DNA from: a virus | Lineage: Duplodnaviria > Heunggongvirae > Uroviricota > Caudoviricetes | Direction: 5' to 3' (one strand) | Virus record (IMG/VR): IMGVR_UViG_3300025913_000020 | Length of the DNA: 64,000 nt | Part shown: positions 60,518 to 64,000 of the stretch, one piece after another | Position numbering within the stretch: position 1 is the stretch's first letter | How the letters are laid out: each line of letters opens with the position of its first letter | Program-made: the position numbers and the translations under genes | Notes under the pieces: generated by a model | Told to the model about the DNA's origin: nothing | Databases searched by the model: none | The model's input: the letters and a program-made list of their open reading frames with translations, nothing else

Positions 60518-60863
60518 TTAAGATGCCGAGGCTGGCAAGGCGAAGTTTTGTAGGCACCTGGATCACGTCGGCGATATTCGGTCCGACCATCGGGTCCATG
60601 CCGGGATTACAGTCTGCGATGGCCCACCACAATTCAGGTGTTCCGTAAAGCTTCTGGGAAATGAGATCGAGGCGTCCCTCGCCGCCTGTCGGCACTGTAA
60701 ACAAAGTGTCGCTTGGGTCGGGGACGACCACGTTACGTTTCAAGCCGAAGACAGCAACGTTTTGTTCGCTGCCATCTACTTCGGCCTGAATCTGATACGC
60801 CGGTGTTCCCGCAAACATGCTGTACGGGACCAACTGGACGCGGATTGATGCGGCGTCTGCCAT
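60510..60863 (-). CDS. hypothetical structural-module protein (117 aa)
   Basis: 8-nt overlap. Confidence 0.45.
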   Translation of the reverse strand: MADAASIRVQLVPYSMFAGTPAYQIQAEVDGSEQNVAVFGLKRNVVVPDPSDTLFTVPTGGEGRLDLISQKLYGTPELWWAIADCNPGMDPMVGPNIADVIQVPTKLRLASLGILNV

Positions 60864-60897
60864 GCCCTAACTACAGACTCCGGCTTAGCCGTTTACT

Positions 60898-61404
60898 TCA
60901 GCTTGGGGAGGCTGGTGAGGTTGATGCGACCGGTGGCGGTAATTCGCCCGGTTGGTCTTCCGGTAAGGGCATAGCCGCCATTACTGCCACCTGCCGCCGC
61001 GTGACTCCCTGGCGCGCCCAGATTGCCGTGGCCAGGAGATTGTTGATGGCGATGGTCTGTTCCTTGCCTTCCGGCACTTCCTCCGCGATGGCGAGCGCCA
61101 GTTCGCGGCAGGCGTTTTGGATTCGTTCGCATGATGCTAGGGTTTGACTGGACATCGGGGCGTTGAAAACGAAAACGTCGTTTACTTCGGCTTTGATGTC
61201 TTCCGGGGTTATGGGTGTTCGGGCGGTTTCAGTATTCATATTGGATAGAACCATTTTCAATCCGAAAAAGTTCTCCAGGTGGATGATTTTTTCAGTTTTC
61301 GTGTCCGCGATGACCAGGTGGATGCTTTCGAAGGCTCCTTCTCCGATGGAAAGGAAGCTGGCTTCAACTGTTTCTGACAGAGGAATTTTTCCAATGAGTT
61401 TCAT
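60898..61404 (-). CDS. hypothetical protein (168 aa) immediately downstream of terminase
   Basis: ATGA overlap with 61401. Confidence 0.45.
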   Translation of the reverse strand: MKLIGKIPLSETVEASFLSIGEGAFESIHLVIADTKTEKIIHLENFFGLKMVLSNMNTETARTPITPEDIKAEVNDVFVFNAPMSSQTLASCERIQNACRELALAIAEEVPEGKEQTIAINNLLATAIWARQGVTRRQVAVMAAMPLPEDQPGELPPPVASTSPASPS

Positions 61405-63473
61405 GTGACTTTGAAGGTTTTGATGCGTTCGTAGCCGGGCGGCAGGTTAATTTCGACGGGCGGTTTTTCCAGGATAATAGATTCGAACTCGCGGTTGAGA
61501 TGCACGCGAGGGTTGTTCGACGCCATCATCGTCGCCTTTTCCTCAGAATTGATGGCGTTGTAATAAGAACCAGCGCAGGCGTCGGTCGTGTCTTTGCTGC
61601 CCTTGTCCGGGTGATCCACCTTTTTGTCGCCATCGAGCAGCTTTTCCGCTTCCTGCATCATGTGCCGGTGAGCGTAGGGGCGCAGGCGGTGTTCTTCAAT
61701 GGCCATTCTCCAGGCGATGTACGCGTCTTTATTGCGGTCCACGCTCTGCTTGTCCACTTTGAACCCACGCGCTTCAAGCATCTGGAGCTGTTGATCGCTC
61801 TGGTATTGATCGTACGTGATCAGGCCAAAGTTGTAGCCACATTCGTCGCGCAACCAGATCAGGAAATTCTGGACCTTTTCCAGCGATATGGGCTTTACCT
61901 GACCGGCGATGACCGTGAGGATGAAATCGTATTCCACGATCAGTCGATACTCGGAATAGGGCATCACGTCGCCGGGCCGGATGGTGTTCTCGATGAGCTG
62001 CGTCCCTACCAGATGAGAGATGGCGATACCGGCCATGCTGGTGGTCGCCAAGTCGATGTGTGCGTAGCGAAGCTGGCCGGGGTGGCGCTTGGGCATCGTC
62101 TGGGAGGCGATGCGGTGGCAGAAGGCGCGGTGCTCCAGGTAATGCCAGAGCTGCTTGGTGTCCTCGGTCGAGAGCGGTAGGAGTTCCATTCCGTTTTCGC
62201 CCTTTTCCACTGGGTTTACGACGCCGTCCTTTTCGGCCAACTCCACGCACATTTCAAAATCGACCATGGACGCAAACCAGCGGTTGGTGCCTCCGGTTGA
62301 GATTCCGCACACATCCCGCAAGGCGTTTAGCGGTCGTCGCTTGAACTCATCCAGGTACATGACTGGCACCAATTCAACAGACGCGCCACGCGGCGGGTCT
62401 TCCCACGGGCCTTCACCGATCTGTTTGGCATCCTCGTTGTAGTATCCCTTGAGGATCATCGGGATCATGTTCTTGAGGCCGTAGCTGACCTTGAACCATT
62501 TCGGACCAAGCTGAAGGGTGTGCCGCTTAATTTTGTAAACAGAATTGCGATAGACCTTCTGGCAAGAGGGATCGTTCGCTTTGTTGATTTCGGTGATGAC
62601 GGTTTCCGTGAAGGAGGACTCGTCCTTCGCCGACGATGCCAGGATCGAGATCGCGGGCAGGTAACCGGCGACCTTACGAAAGCGGTTATTGATACGATTG
62701 CGGACTTCGTAAGGTCGCTCGTATGCCTTGTTGTCCGGCTCCGCTTCCAAGCGCCAGTTACCTTCGTCCAGTCCGACGCCGATGATGTTACGACCGAGCA
62801 AGTGCTGGCCCCGCGAACCTGCGGTCAAGATGATAGACCCTTTCAGCGGGATGCGAAATCCGCTGTACTGCGAATCAGGGTTGTACTTGCACTGTTCCAG
62901 AAAGTACGGCGAGTTGGCCATGAAATTCATGGCATCACCAAATGCTGTTTCAGTCACGGCGGCCTTCGTGACAGACAGAAGGTTGAAAATGATCTTGGTG
63001 CCTTTGGTGAGGCCGAAGAAATTGTGCGGGTTGCGCAGCAGCGTGGCGATCAGCACCCGGTAAAGGAGGATGGTCACCATGATGAACGTTTTGCCGATAC
63101 CCAGTGATCCAGTGATGACGCAGTTGTGGATGGCACTGTCGTAATTGAAATCGCGGCAAAGGATTTCTTTCCAGGCCGGGAACATGCCTTCGCTGTCCTG
63201 GCTCTTGGTCATCAGGCTCCCGAGATAGTACGGGTCGTCGAGGAACTGCTGCATGGTGGGAGGAATCTCAGTGTAGTCCACCATCTTGAGCTGGTCATTG
63301 ATCTCCGACTTGCCGGACGCCCGATACTGATTGAGCATGTCTTCCCACACCTGACGTGCGTACGGCGACAATGACGAAAGCATCGGGTCAATGTTTTCCC
63401 CCTCAAGTCCGCGAGAGAGAATATCTTCCAACGTTTCCGTCAACGTTTTTTTGTTTACATTTACTTCAGGCAT
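61401..63473 (-). CDS. terL: terminase large subunit
   Basis: 690 aa; Walker A ITGSLGIGKTF, Walker B/catalytic IIGVGLDEGNW, C-terminal nuclease-type acidic motifs AHIDLATT and KDTTDACAGSYYNA. Confidence 0.85.
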   Translation of the reverse strand: MPEVNVNKKTLTETLEDILSRGLEGENIDPMLSSLSPYARQVWEDMLNQYRASGKSEINDQLKMVDYTEIPPTMQQFLDDPYYLGSLMTKSQDSEGMFPAWKEILCRDFNYDSAIHNCVITGSLGIGKTFIMVTILLYRVLIATLLRNPHNFFGLTKGTKIIFNLLSVTKAAVTETAFGDAMNFMANSPYFLEQCKYNPDSQYSGFRIPLKGSIILTAGSRGQHLLGRNIIGVGLDEGNWRLEAEPDNKAYERPYEVRNRINNRFRKVAGYLPAISILASSAKDESSFTETVITEINKANDPSCQKVYRNSVYKIKRHTLQLGPKWFKVSYGLKNMIPMILKGYYNEDAKQIGEGPWEDPPRGASVELVPVMYLDEFKRRPLNALRDVCGISTGGTNRWFASMVDFEMCVELAEKDGVVNPVEKGENGMELLPLSTEDTKQLWHYLEHRAFCHRIASQTMPKRHPGQLRYAHIDLATTSMAGIAISHLVGTQLIENTIRPGDVMPYSEYRLIVEYDFILTVIAGQVKPISLEKVQNFLIWLRDECGYNFGLITYDQYQSDQQLQMLEARGFKVDKQSVDRNKDAYIAWRMAIEEHRLRPYAHRHMMQEAEKLLDGDKKVDHPDKGSKDTTDACAGSYYNAINSEEKATMMASNNPRVHLNREFESIILEKPPVEINLPPGYERIKTFKVT

Positions 63474-63515
63474 TTCCTCTAAAAAGAACCGGTACCGCTG
63501 TGTTCTTAGTTAGGA

Positions 63516-64000
63516 ATGTATCGCTGGAAGAAACGAACACGGGTAGCGCCCAAGGCACGAAGCAAGGAAGAAAAGTGCATCAGTCCGCGCTGCCGTAATC
63601 GTAAGGCGGAGAAGTACACCTACTATAAAAGTCCCCGAACCGGCCTGGTCATAAAGTACGTCAACTACCTCAGCCACTGCTGGAAATGCCGGGCCAGGAT
63701 GCTCAAAGCGCGGCAGCCTGCCACGTACGTTCTCAACGCTGTTCGCCAGCGCGCCAAGGCACGCAAACTTCCGTTTACAATCACGCTTGAGGAGTTCAAA
63801 AAGTGGTGCGAAGACACCGGTTATTTGGAGAAGCGCGGGCGTGACCCGGACAGTTACACCATCGACCGGATCGACCACGACAAGGGTTACCACATCTGGA
63901 ACATCCAGATCAAAACGTTTCTGGAAAACTGCACCAGCGGCCACACGGTGCCTGGGCGTGAAACCATGCAGAATGAGCGCAAGCCTGAGTCGTTCGATTA
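63516..64000 (+). CDS. HNH endonuclease (3-prime end beyond window)
   Basis: ATG at 63516 after in-frame TAG; Cys pairs CISPRC and SHCWKC; TIDRIDHDKGYHIWNIQIKTFLENCTSGH matches HNH; divergent from terL. Confidence 0.55.
   Translation, partial: MYRWKKRTRVAPKARSKEEKCISPRCRNRKAEKYTYYKSPRTGLVIKYVNYLSHCWKCRARMLKARQPATYVLNAVRQRAKARKLPFTITLEEFKKWCEDTGYLEKRGRDPDSYTIDRIDHDKGYHIWNIQIKTFLENCTSGHTVPGRETMQNERKPESFD

Noticed and set aside
61500-62442. Plus-strand ORFs 61500..62180, 62060..62344 and 62155..62442 inside terL
   Set aside because: They are antisense to the terminase, which has canonical motifs.
1-64000. Integrase, excision junctions or att repeats defining prophage ends
   Set aside because: No tyrosine or serine recombinase motifs or flanking direct repeats were seen, so I cannot say whether this is a free phage genome or a prophage. 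The Xis-like ORF at 46275 alone is insufficient.

Overview
Segment of a GC-rich (~55-60% by eye) tailed dsDNA phage or prophage genome, densely coded with about 120 genes, roughly 85% on the minus strand.

Layout, left to right:
- 1..5983: a plus-strand gene fragment ending at 218, meeting a 4-5-gene minus-strand operon of secreted glycosidase / tail-fibre-like proteins (BNR Asp-box sialidase-like, pectate-lyase beta-helix, repeat fibre).
- 6045..10054: plus-strand block of small genes, including an XRE helix-turn-helix regulator and a SAM methyltransferase.
- 10044..14888: minus-strand block with TylF-like and FkbM-like methyltransferases, an RfaE-II-like nucleotidyltransferase and a beta-class DNA methyltransferase.
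- 14894..16300: plus-strand small genes.
- 16227..21485: minus-strand block with a ParB-like nuclease-domain protein, a P-loop protein, GDP-fucose synthase and GDP-mannose 4,6-dehydratase.
- 21908..46109: long minus-strand run of mostly unknown small genes. Recognisable ones are a prepilin-like protein, an acyl carrier protein, an SPFH/band-7 protein, a GHKL-ATPase/HExxH-metallopeptidase fusion, a UDG-like protein and a 623-aa unknown.
- 46461..50614: FtsK/HerA-like ATPase with C-terminal tandem winged helix-turn-helix repeats, plus small genes.
- 50933..63473: structural/packaging module with duplicated genes, 781-aa and 992-aa repeat proteins, and the large terminase at 61401..63473.
- 63516 to the window end: a partial plus-strand HNH endonuclease.

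A conserved AT-rich palindrome (AAAA-TGTWWACA-ATTTT) occurs at 17 or more mostly intergenic sites. At three of them it forms a full sigma70-like TTGACA-N16-TACAWT promoter ending 6-7 nt before the ATG, which would give leaderless transcripts. Shine-Dalgarno sequences are essentially absent and ATGA / TGATG stop-start overlaps are frequent.

No tRNA, CRISPR array, integrase or attachment site was recognised. All functional calls rest on motifs read by eye from the translations, without database searches.
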